55,864 bases of DNA. It comes from Macrostomum lignano. Taxonomy: Eukaryota. A program made the position numbers and the translations under genes. The notes under the pieces were generated by a model that saw only the letters and a program-made list of their open reading frames with translations, made no database searches and was not told the origin of the DNA. Positions 24,017 through 35,913 of this stretch are shown here, piece after piece (the first letter of the stretch is position 1; every line of letters begins with the position of its first letter). The stretch spans positions 1 to 55,864 of the forward strand of contig NIVC01000668.1 in NCBI GenBank assembly GCA_002269645.1, in the 5' to 3' direction.

Positions 24017-24326
24017 GGTATCCCTTTCAATCAGCTTTGACGTCCCTTTCAATCAGCTTTGATGTCCCTTTCAATCAGCTTTGATGTCCATTTCAATCAG
24101 CTTTGAACGTCCCTTTCAATCAGCTTTGATGTCCATTTCAATCAGCTTTGAACGTCACTTTCAATCAGCTTTGATGTCCCTTTCAATCAGCTTTGACGTC
24201 CCTTTCAATCAGCTTTGACGTCCCTTTCAATCAGCTTTGACGTCCCTTTCAATCAGCTTTGACGTCCCTTTCGATCAGCTTTGACGTCCCTTTCGATCAG
24301 CTTTGACGTCCCTTTCGATCAGCTTT
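24017..24326. repeat. 22-bp minisatellite (CGTCCCTTTCAATCAGCTTTGA)x~14
   Basis: Direct repeat with period 22. Confidence 0.9.
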
Positions 24327-24861
24327 AAGGCCTCTTTAACAGTTGCTTCAAATTTTTAATAATGAGGCAACACTAAACTCGTTTAGCTGAATGCTGAATA
24401 AGAAAACTGTTTGTTACTTTACTTTACTGGCCAAAATTAGCCAAAAGCATGACACTATTCATTGCCAAAATTTGAACTGGTGATCATGATCGTGACAAAC
24501 TGCTGTCTCAAGGCATCAATCAGCACAAAATGTCTGGGGCTTATTTGTGTACTTATTATATTCTAGCTACCGAAGCATTGTACGACTAATTAGGGATTAT
24601 GGCCCGTTCGATTTTTCGGTTTGCCTTGCCTTGTAAAATAAGACTTTATAGTGCAGCTCTTTTGAAACCCACGGCGTAGTTAAACACAATTCTCAATCGC
24701 ACAGGTGCGAAATTAGGCGAGAGGTCATGATTGAAGTGCATTAGAAAGTTAAGAGCCAGTCTTACGCTGCGATTCAAGTTACATGTTAGGCCATGTCAAG
24801 GATAAATCTAACATGTTAACTGGGATCTGTTCCAGCTCGCTAAGTCGGCGGAGTCGGCGGA

Positions 24862-24945
24862 ATGGGCAGTAATGCCTGTCGCCGGTTGTGTGACAATGTC
24901 GCTTTAGAGTGCACCATGGTGCACACAGCTCCCCTTGTCTCAAAT
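24862..24945 (+). mobile_element. 3'-end fragment of the tRNA-SINE family; related fragment at ~27680-27835 (minus)
   Basis: GGCAGTAATGCCT..GTGACAATGTCGCT..GGTGCACACAG matches the reverse complement of 27685-27750, which continues into the SINE body seen at 3735-3790. Confidence 0.6.
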
Positions 24946-26739
24946 AAAATAGGCTTTAGCCACTGCCTCTATTTAGCAACCATTTCTATAAACTCCACGA
25001 TTTTCTGTTCCATCTATTCTAGAACTTCGCACACAGGACTTTCCCTTAGGGCTCCCTGTCGGCACATTCTAACCGACTATTACCTTTACATTATACCGAC
25101 GCACAGACGAGTATTCGACGTCATTATCCGTCCATGCAATATAATAATGCCTACTTGGCAGCGAAGTGTATCAACGTTGGGTACTACGGATGCGTTGGTG
25201 AGACGTCAGAATGTTGCACAGGTTTGAACTTTCAGGTTTTAACACAGTAACTGAGAGTCTTAAAGTCTTTTAGGTCGCTTAGAATCCTTTTTGCGGCTTT
25301 ATGAGCGGACTGCATGAATTCCGAATTTGGAATCAAAGCAAAGAGACTCGCGTGTCGTATTCTAATTTGAAGTCTAGCTATCAATTTATTTGTCTAAACG
25401 CTATGTTAATTTCAGATCAGAGAGATTCACCAGCATTAGCTACCATTATATTTTTTGGTCTTTGAAGAGAGCTTTGTGAGTGAAATTATTTTCAAAGATG
25501 TACGTGTAAGCCATTATTTCAAAGCACCGCTTACTCCCAATTACAACGTTATACTTTGAAAAGAGGATGGACTGATGGACAAAAAGGAGAGGAGAAGGGA
25601 AGGAGAGAGAGTAGGAGAGAGCGTGGTTGCAGCCCAATGGTAAACCGCGTCTTGGTTCGATTCTGAGCACTGCCACAATCATTTGAGGCCTGTGTAAAAA
25701 AATTCATGGCCAGCGGATTGTCGTGCGGTTCATAAACGTGCGTGCGGTTCATATTGCAGGAGAAGAGATTGAAGTAGAGAGAGAAAGAGGTGATGAGAAG
25801 GGATGACCGCTAAAGGTTGATATCAGCTTCGGATTTGAAAAAACAGGACCATAAGTATCAAGCCTGTCAGTCTTAAACGCCTTAGATAAATAACACTTAT
25901 CTAAGTAACACTTACCACTAGTCTAGTAGTCCTTGTACTAAGTATATATGCGCATACAATAGTACTCGTAGATCCGTCAGTAATCCTCGCTAATCCCCTT
26001 GCTTTTGAGCACACATCGTCCATCAGGTTTTGGCTAGTGACTAACCGGTAGCGTACGATACCCCATACGCAATACTATTATTATTATTGGCATTATTATG
26101 CCAGAATCACAGAAGAAGAACTCCAGCTGTCTCTGATCTTCATCAAAGAGGAATAATCTGGCAAGTGAGGCGAATCACGCCCACCCAGAGTTGGTCAGCT
26201 GAACGGGGAGGCACCGTGGAGGAGAGGGTATGTTGCAGTCCGTGCAGCCGAACTCCCGTGCAGCCGAATTTTTTGCGCGCGAACTCCCCTAGCTGCAGTT
26301 CAGATGTCTGAGACCGGCTTCGTCTTTGAAGAAGCTTCATCTATGTGCGAGAGTGGAACTGAACTCTTTTTCACACTTCGCACTATCTCAATTTTGCCCA
26401 CTTTTTTCTAAAAAAATTCGGATCAAAAGCATATATAAAGTGCACGGATTATGGTATTAAAGTAATGGACTATATTATTAATGCTAAAATGGAAATCCTA
26501 TAGGACTAATACCTTTGCCTCTATCGCTGCTGGCTTTATCTGGAGGCTCACCCAGCCTCTCTAAGATAACAGTTTCCCTGCAGCTCTGGTGAGGTCTGGC
26601 ACGGCCTAAAAAATTCCCCCGCTTCATCTGTCAAAATGCAGCCTAGCTTAGCTGTCAGACTCACGACAGCTTGGTGTGACGGTGGCAGCATAATCTTATT
26701 GCCTGATTCCTGACGGCAACAGTGCAGTGTGTGTGTTTG

Positions 26740-27184
26740 CAGTGGCGAAGCCAGGGGGGGGGGCCGGGGGGGCCGCAGCCCCCCCCCCCCCCTCGCCTGG
26801 GGGGTGGGGTTGGGCGCGACGGGTACCAAAAACCATGAGGCAATTGCGGCGCCAAAATGAGTGCCTGCGGCGCTAAAATGAGTGCCTGCGGCGCCAAAAC
26901 GAGTGCCTGCGGCGCTAAAATGAGTGCCTGTGGCGCCAAAATGAGTACCTGCGGCGCTAAAATGAGTGCCTGCGGCGCTAAAATGAGTGCCTGCGGCGCC
27001 AAAATGAGTGCCTGCGACGCCAAAATGAGTGCCTGCGACGCCAAAATGAGTGCCTGCGACGCCAAAATGAGTGCCTGCGGCGCCGAAATGAGTGCCTGCG
27101 GCGCCAAAAGTGGCAATGGCATAAGGCATGGCCAGCCAGGCCAACCCGCCCCCCCCCCAATTGAAATTCCTGGCTACGCCACTG
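26740..27184. mobile_element. MITE with 16-bp TIRs and 2-bp TG target duplication (CACTA/EnSpm-like), carrying the 21-bp minisatellite
   Basis: CAGTGGCGAAGCCAGG ... CCTGGCTACGCCACTG (1 mismatch), flanked by TG on both sides in a (TG)n context. The superfamily call is inferred from TSD length. Confidence 0.75.
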
Positions 27185-28147
27185 TGTGTGTGTGTGCTTA
27201 AAAACTGGAGTGACTCGCACAAACAGACAGACAGCTCTTATTCACCTGACACCAGAAAAGGTTAGGCGTACTTTGAAAACGACGTTAAGAAGCGCAAAAC
27301 TGCTAAAAGTTTACGACCTCTCGGGGTCGGTTCGCGGGTTCCGCTGTTTTGCATTGTAGTATGAGGAATTCAAGTTCAGAGAGAGGTGAGGAGCCGGCAG
27401 TCGGAAAAGCGGATTGCGTATAATTCCATTTTTTACATTTTCAATACGGGCTTCTAGAGGGACTATTGTTGCGTTTTAATTTTGGCATATTCCTGATGCG
27501 AGCTGCGGGACGACTTCCCATTGTTGGAGCAAAATTTCAATTGTCGATTGCACCGATCTCTCCTCAGATGCAGTACAAGCGCGTAGCATTTTATCTTCAG
27601 ATTAAGTCTAGAGAAATATTGACTGCACGGAAGTCTCTAGTGATACGAGCCGTATTAAATCAGTCGTGTTTTAGAGGCAGGGGTCTGTGTGCACCCTGGC
27701 GCACTTTAAGCGACATTGTCACAACCCGGCGAGAGGCATTACTGCCGACTCCCCTGAGCAGGCACGCAAGCGCGCGGATACGTACGCAGTCATACGCACA
27801 AGCACACACTCACACAGGAGTGTGCAGCGGCCCTAGCTTGAAGCTTCCGCCCGGTTTTCATTTGTTGTTTCAGGCATTTTTTAAATATCAAAATGGTTGG
27901 CCAGGGGATAGACGCTGATCGATAGACACTGGTCACTGGGGCAAAAGCTGGCAACTTTTCAATGTTGCTGAGTATAAATTACAAACGAATTGCCACATAG
28001 TTCGATCCAGCTGCGTTATCATATGGTCGTAAACAACTAGCGTTTGTTTAACGATTATAGACAACTTTGAGCAAATGTAATTTGTGGGTGAGAGAGCCAG
28101 GAGTGAAAGAAGGAAATAAATATTGCTTTTGTCAGTTCTAAATGCGA

Positions 28148-30519
28148 CCATAGACAATCAAAGTGGGAATCTGCTACAGACCATGTGCTTGTCTCTGTGG
28201 CCTGAATGCCCTTGAAATCCGTGGGGCCATAGACAATCAAAGTGGGAATCTGCTACAGCCCATGTGCTTGTCTCTGTGGCCTGAATGCCCTTGAAATCCG
28301 TGGGGCCATAGACAATCAAAGTGGGAATCTGCTACAGCCCATGTGCTTGTCTCTGTGGCCTGAATGCCCTTGAAATCCGTGGGGCCATAGACAATCAAAG
28401 TGGGAATCTGCTACAGCCCATGTGCTTGTCTCTGTGGCCTGAATGCCCTTGAAATCCGTGGGGCCATAGACAATCAAAGTGGGAATCTGCTACAGACCAT
28501 GTGCTTGTCTCTGTGGCCTGAATGCCCTTGAAATCCGTGGGGCCATAGACAATCAAAGTGGGAATCTGCTACAGCCCATGTGCTCGTCTCTGTGGCCTGA
28601 ATGCCCTTGAAATCCGTGGGGCCATAGACAATCAAAGTGGGAATCTGCTACAGACCATGTGCTTGTCTCTGTGGCCTGAATGCCCTTGAAATCCGTGGGG
28701 CCATAGACAATCAAAGTGGGAATCTGCTACAGACCATGTGCTTGTCTCTGTGGCCTGAATGCCCTTGAAATCCGTGGGGCCATAGACAATCAAAGTGGGA
28801 ATCTGCTACAGCCCATGTGCTTGTCTCTGTGGCCTGAATGCCCTTGAAATCCGTGGGGCCATAGACAATCAAAGTGGGAATCTGCTACAGACCATGTGCT
28901 TGTCTCTGTGGCCTGAATGCCCTTGAAATCCGTGGGGCCATAGACAATCAAAGTGGGAATCTGCTACAGCCCATGTGCTTGTCTCTGTGGCCTGAATGCC
29001 CTTGAAATCCGTGGGGCCATAGACAATCAAAGTGGGAATCTGCTACAGACCATGTGCTTGTCTCTGTGGCCTGAATGCCCTTGAAATCCGTGGGCCATAG
29101 ACAATCAAAGTGGGAATCTGCTACAGACCATGTGCTTGTCTCTGTGGCCTGAATGCCCTTGAAATCCGTGGGGCCATAGACAATCAAAGTGGGAATCTGC
29201 TACAGCCCATGTGCTTGTCTCTGTGGCCTGAATGCCCTTGAAATCCGTGGGGCCATAGACAATCAAAGTGGGAATCTGCTACAGCCCATGTGCTCGTCTC
29301 TGTGGCCTGAATGCCCTTGAAATCCGTGGGGCCATAGACAATCAAAGTGGGAATCTGCTACAGACCATGTGCTTGTCTCTGTGGCCTGAATGCCCTTGAA
29401 ATCCGTGGGGCCATAGACAATCAAAGTGGGAATCTGCTACAGCCCATGTGCTTGTCTCTGTGGCCTGAATGCCCTTGAAATCCGTGGGGCCATAGACAAT
29501 CAAAGTGGGAATCTGCTACAGCCCATGTGCTTGTCTCTGTGGCCTGAATGCCCTTGAAATCCGTGGGGCCATAGACAATCAAAGTGGGAATCTGCTACAG
29601 CCCATGTGCTTGTCTCTGTGGCCTGAATGCCCTTGAAATCCGTGGGGCCATAGACAATCAAAGTGGGAATCTGCTACAGACCATGTGCTTGTCTCTGTGG
29701 CCTGAATGCCCTTGAAATCCGTGGGGCCATAGACAATCAAAGTGGGAATCTGCTACAGCCCATGTGCTCGTCTCTGTGGCCTGAATGCCCTTGAAATCCG
29801 TGGGGCCATAGACAATCAAAGTGGGAATCTGCTACAGACCATGTGCTTGTCTCTGTGGCCTGAATGCCCTTGAAATCCGTGGGGCCATAGACAATCAAAG
29901 TGGGAATCTGCTACAGCCCATGTGCTTGTCTCTGTGGCCTGAATGCCCTTGAAATCCGTGGGGCCATAGACAATCAAAGTGGGAATCTGCTACAGCCCAT
30001 GTGCTTGTCTCTGTGGCCTGAATGCCCTTGAAATCCGTGGGGCCATAGACAATCAAAGTGGGAATCTGCTACAGACCATGTGCTTGTCTCTGTGGCCTGA
30101 ATGCCCTTGAAATCCGTGGGGCCATAGACAATCAAAGTGGGAATCTGCTACAGCCCATGTGCTTGTCTCTGTGGCCTGAATGCCCTTGAAATCCGTGGGG
30201 CCATAGACAATCAAAGTGGGAATCTGCTACAGACCATGTGCTTGTCTCTGTGGCCTGAATGCCCTTGAAATCCGTGGGGCCATAGACAATCAAAGTGGGA
30301 ATCTGCTACAGACCATGTGCTTGTCTCTGTGGCCTGAATGCCCTTGAAATCCGTGGGGCCATAGACAATCAAAGTGGGAATCTGCTACAGCCCATGTGCT
30401 TGTCTCTGTGGCCTGAATGCCCTTGAAATCCGTGGGGCCATAGACAATCAAAGTGGGAATCTGCTACAGCCCATGTGCTCGTCTCTGTGGCCTGAATGCC
30501 CTTGAAATCCGTGGGGCCA
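28148..30519. repeat. 79-bp satellite, 30 units
   Basis: Period 79 (one unit is 78), very homogeneous, two variable positions. Confidence 0.97.
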
Positions 30520-31033
30520 GTAATTTACGCCGAGTGAAGAAGTAGCTTATAGTTAGCTTAATCGCTTAGTCTCTGATGAGCAGTCCAGCTGTCCTAATAA
30601 TGCTTGCAGACAGGCGGTCTAATTCTGCTGATTGACGTGGAATGACAGCTTGAATTACAACGTACACCCCTGAGCAATCTTTGTGTTAATTTATATATCT
30701 CGGCGAAGTTCTCTAAAGAAACTGTGAGCCTGCATAAATAAAAAAAAACTAGTTTCCTAGGCTCAATTTTGCTGTCATTCATTCGTGTCTTCTTGTCTTT
30801 TGTTTCAAACAGCCAGGTAAAGAAATACGAACTAATTGCTGACAGAAAATTTAGACTTCATCAATTTTTCAGCGCAACAAATTTGAAGCCGCAGTCAACT
30901 AACAAAGTACATCTGAGTAGTGAAGTATTGTGCCAGGGACAACGGCAGGGTTGAGTTGTCGTGTATTTTATATCCCCCTTGCAGTGGTGCAGCTGTCAAT
31001 AGTCTTTTAGTTTTTTATTTCATTTATTTGCAA

Positions 31034-31112
31034 GATCGTTGCAGCCTAGTGGTCAGAGCGTCGGACTCACGACTTGAAGGTCGGGGGTTCGATTCCCGAT
31101 CCCACTGGAACA
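31034..31112 (+). mobile_element. tRNA-like SINE head related to the CORE-SINE head (not a functional tRNA)
   Basis: GCAGCCTAGTGG and GGTTCGATTCC boxes; GCGTCGGACTCACGACTTGAAGGTC is shared with 21271-21300; the anticodon stem pairs poorly. Confidence 0.65.
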
Positions 31113-31799
31113 AATTCAGTCCACGGGTCCTGTTTGATAGATTTTGAAACTGGCAAAGATTTCTTTAGCCCAAAGCTGCGCCTTCGCGTCCCCCAGCGAA
31201 ATAATGCTCGTCGTTACATGTACATTTCGTCCTCGCATCCAGAATCCAACTTAGTCCACTCGTCCATGTTTTTCGCGACCATCACTGCAGGTCCGTCGTC
31301 TGAACTTCAAAGTTTGTTTCTTCGCCTCGTGCCACTCATTCAACGTGGCTATCATTCACTCGCGTTTCTTTAAGGTGTTTGATGAACGGGTTCCATGGAT
31401 GAGCGCGTTACCTTTGTCCTTGGTTAGATTTGGAAATACTTCGGCAGCCATTGGATTAATTTGCAGAAAATCTAGACTTGATAGCAGATTGACTTCTGAA
31501 ACTTCTTGATCTGCGTTAACTCCTCTGAACTGCCTCAAACGATGGCCATAAGACAAAGGAACATTTAAACAAAGCAAGTTGAATGTGCTAGGATTTCTGG
31601 CTCCTGATGCAATGAAGATGGACCATAGACATCAAAACCGTTTTTTTGGTATAGTACGGCTTGTCCAATCTTATATGCAATCCAACTGCTTCCCATAGAC
31701 TCAATGGTTAGGCTGGGTGCCACTGAGCGGCCTATCGAGTGTATATAAGATCTATGGACAGAACCGCCCTCAGTGAGATGTGCATAGTCTTAACTGTCC

Positions 31800-32040
31800 A
31801 TGGATTCTTCCAGAAACGAAATTCTCGTTGCTAACCGGTTGCCCTCCGGTTGTCTTTTCTGTCGCATAGGGGAGGAGACCGCGGAGCATTACGTCACCTT
31901 CTGGCCTCACTTCAATAGGGCGCGGCATGAACACCTCGGCCACCCCCCCCCAGTTGATGGACGAGCTGACCATCCCGGACAACATTCGTGATCTTCGCGC
32001 TTTTGTCCGAGATACCGGCCGGATGTGGGTCGTCGATACC
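31800..32040 (+). mobile_element. Degenerate 3' fragment of a non-LTR retrotransposon ORF2 (CCHC knuckle)
   Basis: [30 protein letters not shown] resembles the C..C....ET.EH....CP.F...R...LG knuckle of I/Jockey-group elements. Confidence 0.55.
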
Positions 32041-32072
32041 GGTGGGGGCTACGTGCACCCCAGGGTTAAACC

Positions 32073-32382
32073 CATGGAGGAAAGAATAGAATGGAGTGCT
32101 AATCTGAGCCAGTTATTTTTATCTCGCTCGATTTTCACTTTTAACATCCCTTTCCCCCCGTTCTTTCCTATTGGCTGAAAGCATATTTGATGCGAGCTCG
32201 TACTGTGCTGGGACAGACCTTTCAGAGGGGAACGAAAACGAAAACGAGACGAAAAATACTTTGTCTATGGCAGTCACGAGCCAATAGGAAAGAACGGGGG
32301 GAAAGGGATGTTAAAAGTGAAGATCGAGCGAGATAAAAATAACTGGCTCAGATTAGCACTCCATTCTATTCTTTCCTCCATG
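32073..32382. mobile_element. 310-bp MITE with 104-bp TIRs and 8-bp TSD (hAT- or P-like)
   Basis: CATGGAGG...CCTCCATG; arms 32073-32176 and 32279-32382 differ at one position; GTTAAACC at 32065-32072 and 32383-32390. Confidence 0.9.
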
Positions 32383-33502
32383 GTTAAACCTTGGTTTCTT
32401 TTACCTTGGTGAAAGATAATTGATTTTACAATAGACATACTCTGCGAGCCGAGAAACCAGCTGAAATCATCGACCCAAGTGAGGTTTTTACCATAGACAT
32501 TTTCATGGGGGCCGTTTCGCACCCGCTAATATGAATAGTATGCTCGGTCAGAAACGAGCTGAAACGTCGATGAGACGAGTTCCAGCCCCCTACAGCCAAT
32601 CAGTATTGATATATTTCACAGACTAATAAACCGAGCGAGACAGATAATTTGCACTCCAATACAAGAGCTGGGCAAAGAAATGGCTGTTTGTCCAAGTTTC
32701 GCTGATTATTCTCCAATTCCCAATGGTGTCCCAGTGAGGCGATCCCTTACTGCAGTGCCAATTTCCAAATTTGGTTCCACGCGCAAGTCAGTGATCACAC
32801 AAGAATTCCGTCCCGATTCTGATCGCTTTCTCATCTTTGCCGGCCCTTCCTGCTTCTCCATCTCTTTCTCTCTCCGTGCGTCTCTCCTATCTCTCCATGA
32901 GTCTCCTATCTCTCCTATTGGGATACTTTGTTATGCATACTTTGTTTGTTCTGGTTCATGTGCGTTTTGCACTTGCTTGTGGTTCTCTTGCCTTTTGCTC
33001 TTATCGTGTTTATTGTTCTTTATATGCTTGTTGTGAATGTTGTGTTTCTTGTACTTATGCATTTGGTGTTGTTGAATAATTCTAGTGCACAATAGTGTGT
33101 ATTCTAGCGCGATCGTTCTCCAAATCTTGGTATACATGTATTGACTATATACAACAGTTTTGTTAATCTTATATCTTATGTTGCATAACTTCTCGTATAA
33201 TACAAGCTTTCACTTCTTGCTTCAATGTTTCCCATAGACTTCTACAACAGATGCACTTGGCTTATCAAGCATCGAGTTTGTGTCTTTAATACTGTATAAA
33301 ATGTCTCCTAGCATTTATCCGAAATTATTTGAGTAGAAACAGGCTACAGGAAGTTGAAGAGGGATAAATTTTGTGTACATAGTGAAAATCTGAAGCTCTT
33401 GCGATAAAACATAAGATCAGCAGAGAACAGAGAAAATCGGCCTCCATCTTTTTTCTGCATGATTTGGCCGTTTCCCGTCCCGAGAATTGAGTAGTCCCTG
33501 GT

Positions 33503-34700
33503 CTCTCCTATCTCTCCATGAGTCTCTCCTATCTCTCCATGAGTCTCTCCTATCTCTCCATGAGTCTCTCCTATCTCTCCATGAGTCTCTCCTATCTCTC
33601 CATGAGTCTCTCATATCTCTCAATGAGTCTCTCCCATCTCTCCATGAGTCTCTCCTATCTCTCCATGAGTCTCTCCTATCTCTCCATGAGTCTCCTATCT
33701 CTCCCCAGTCTCTCCTATCTCTCCATGAGTCTCTCCTATCTCTCCATGAGTCTCTCCTATCTCTCCATGAGTCTCTCCTATCTCTCCATGAGTCTCTCCT
33801 ATCTCTCCATGAGTCTCTCCTATCTCTCCATGAGTCTCTCCTATCTCTCCATGAGTCTCTCCTATCTCTCCATGAGTCTCTCCTATCTCTCCATGAGTCT
33901 CCTATCTCTCCCCAGTCTCTCCTATCTCTCCCCAGTCTCTCCTATCTCTCCATGAGTCTCTCCTATCTCTCCATGAGTCTCTCCTATCTCTCCATGAGTC
34001 TCTCCTATCTCTCCATGAGTCTCTCCTATCTCTCCATGAGTCTCTCCTATCTCTCCATGAGTCTCTCCTATCTCTCCATGAGTCTCTCCTATCTCTCCAT
34101 GAGTCTCTCCTATCTCTCCATGAGTCTCTCCTATCTCTCCATGAGTCTCCTATCTCTCCCCCAGTCTCTCCTATCTCTCCTTCAGTCTCTCCTATCTCTC
34201 CACGAGTCTCCTATCTCTCTGAGTCTCCTATCTCTCCATGAGTCTCTCCTATCTCTCCATGAGTCTCATATCTCTCTATGAGTCTACTATCTCTCCATGA
34301 GTCTCCTATCTCTCCGTGAGTCTCTTCTATCTCTCCGTGAGTCTCTCCTATCTCTCCATGAGTCTCTCCTATCTCTCCATGAGGCTCTTCTATCTCTCCA
34401 TGAGTCTCCTATCTCTCTATGAGTCTACTATCTCTCCATGAGTCTCCTATCTCTCCGTGAGTCTCTCCTATCTCTCCATGAGGCTCTTCTATCTCTCCAT
34501 GAGTCTCCTATCTCTACATGAGTCTCCTATCTCTCTATGAGTCTCCTATCTCTCCCCCAGTCTCTCCTATCTCTCCCCCAGTCTCTCCTATCTCTCCCCC
34601 AGTCTCTTATCTCTCCCTGAGTCTCTCCTATCTTTCTTCCAGTCTCTCCTATCTCTCCCTGAATCTCTCCTATCTCTCCCCCAGTCTCTCCTATCTCAGA
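33503..34700. repeat. 21-bp pyrimidine-rich minisatellite (AGTCTCTCCTATCTCTCCATG)n
   Basis: Direct repeat that degenerates toward 34700. Confidence 0.95.
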
Positions 34701-35196
34701 ATCTCACCTCATGTGAGATTCATTCAAGCTCCAGATATCGTACATTCGACCATAAATTCTCTGACTTAAAGCGGATATCCCTATGGCTAGAAAAAGTCTA
34801 ACGCGACCAGTGAATTAATGTTTTACATGTTCGAGTACATCTGCATCAGTCTTAGAACACTAGGAGCTCCCTGTCTGCTGGTTGCCTCTAACCATGTTAA
34901 TTAATCTAATTCGATTGCTCTTCAAAGGAGGAAAGAACCGGAAAGCAGCTCTTAATATAGTTTCATTTGTACCAGCTGTGCTTCCTCTTATGCTGTCTTC
35001 AAAAGCCCAACCGACTAGATAGGTGAAATTTTTAGACACATTTCAATGCATACTGACGACGAACGTTAATGTATATTTTGCTGAGTGCATCAGCCACAAC
35101 AAACATTTACGAAAATAGCTGCTATGCTATCGCAAACAGAAAGCGCGATCGATACTGCGATTAGATAAACAAAAAAGACTAGATTTAGATTAACCC

Positions 35197-35815
35197 TAGT
35201 TATCATCGGACTGCACGCTGCCACTCCCTCCTCTCCCCAGTTATCATCGGACTGCACGCCGCCACTCCCTCCCCTCCCCAGTTATCACCGGACTGCACGC
35301 TGTCACCCCTCCCCTCTCCAGTTATCATCGGACTGCACGCCGCCACCCCCTCCCCTGCCCAGTTATCATCGGACTGCACACCGCCACCCCCTCCCCTGCC
35401 CAGTTATCATCGGACTGCACACCGCCCCCCTCCCCTCCCTAGTTATCATCGGACTGCGTACCGCCCCCCTCCCCTCTCCAGTTATCATCGGACTGCACAC
35501 CGCCAACCCCTTCCCTCCCCAGTTATCATCGGACTGCACAACGCCCCCCCTCCCCTCCCCAGTTATCATCGGCCTGCACACCACCACCCCCTCCCCTCCC
35601 CAGTTATCATCGGACTGCACACCGCCAACCCCTCCTCTGCTCAGTTATCATCGGACTGCACACCACCACCCCCTCCCCTCCCCAGTTATCATCGGACTGC
35701 ACACCACCACCCCCTCCCCTCCCCAGTTATCATCAGACTGCACACCGCCACCCCCTCCCCTCCCCAGTTATCATCAGACTGCACACCGCCACTCCCTCCC
35801 CTCCCCGGTGATCAT
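35197..35815. repeat. ~40-bp minisatellite (CCCAGTTATCATCGGACTGCACACCGCCACCCCCTCCCCT)n
   Basis: About 15-16 units of 39-41 nt. Confidence 0.9.
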
Positions 35816-35913
35816 CTGGCTTTAAAAAAACACTTAGCAAGGAACAATACGAGCTACACAATGAAAGCAAAAAAACAAGTAGTTAATGTTGGACACGTAA
35901 GCCAAAGTCTTAG

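Noticed and set aside
25620-25680. A-box/B-box-like sequence
   Set aside because: Spacing is too short and there is no body or TSD; too degenerate to call.
28148-30519. CRISPR-like array or satellite ribozyme
   Set aside because: Units are contiguous with no unique spacers, and no CUGANGA/GAAA core is present on either strand.
30570-30600. CTGATGAG possible hammerhead
   Set aside because: No GAAA follows the putative stem II.
31034-31112. tRNA-Val(CAC) gene
   Set aside because: Acceptor and anticodon stems pair poorly and the sequence matches a SINE head; the same applies to 21256-21327 and 3925-3995.
31140-31600. Protein-like minus-strand reading (73-aa ORF and continuation)
   Set aside because: Interrupted by stops and no recognisable motif.
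32540-32580. Hairpin GCTCG/CGAGC followed by GAAACGTC, like a PLE hammerhead 3' half
   Set aside because: The CUGANGA half and stem I are missing; at most a decayed relic.
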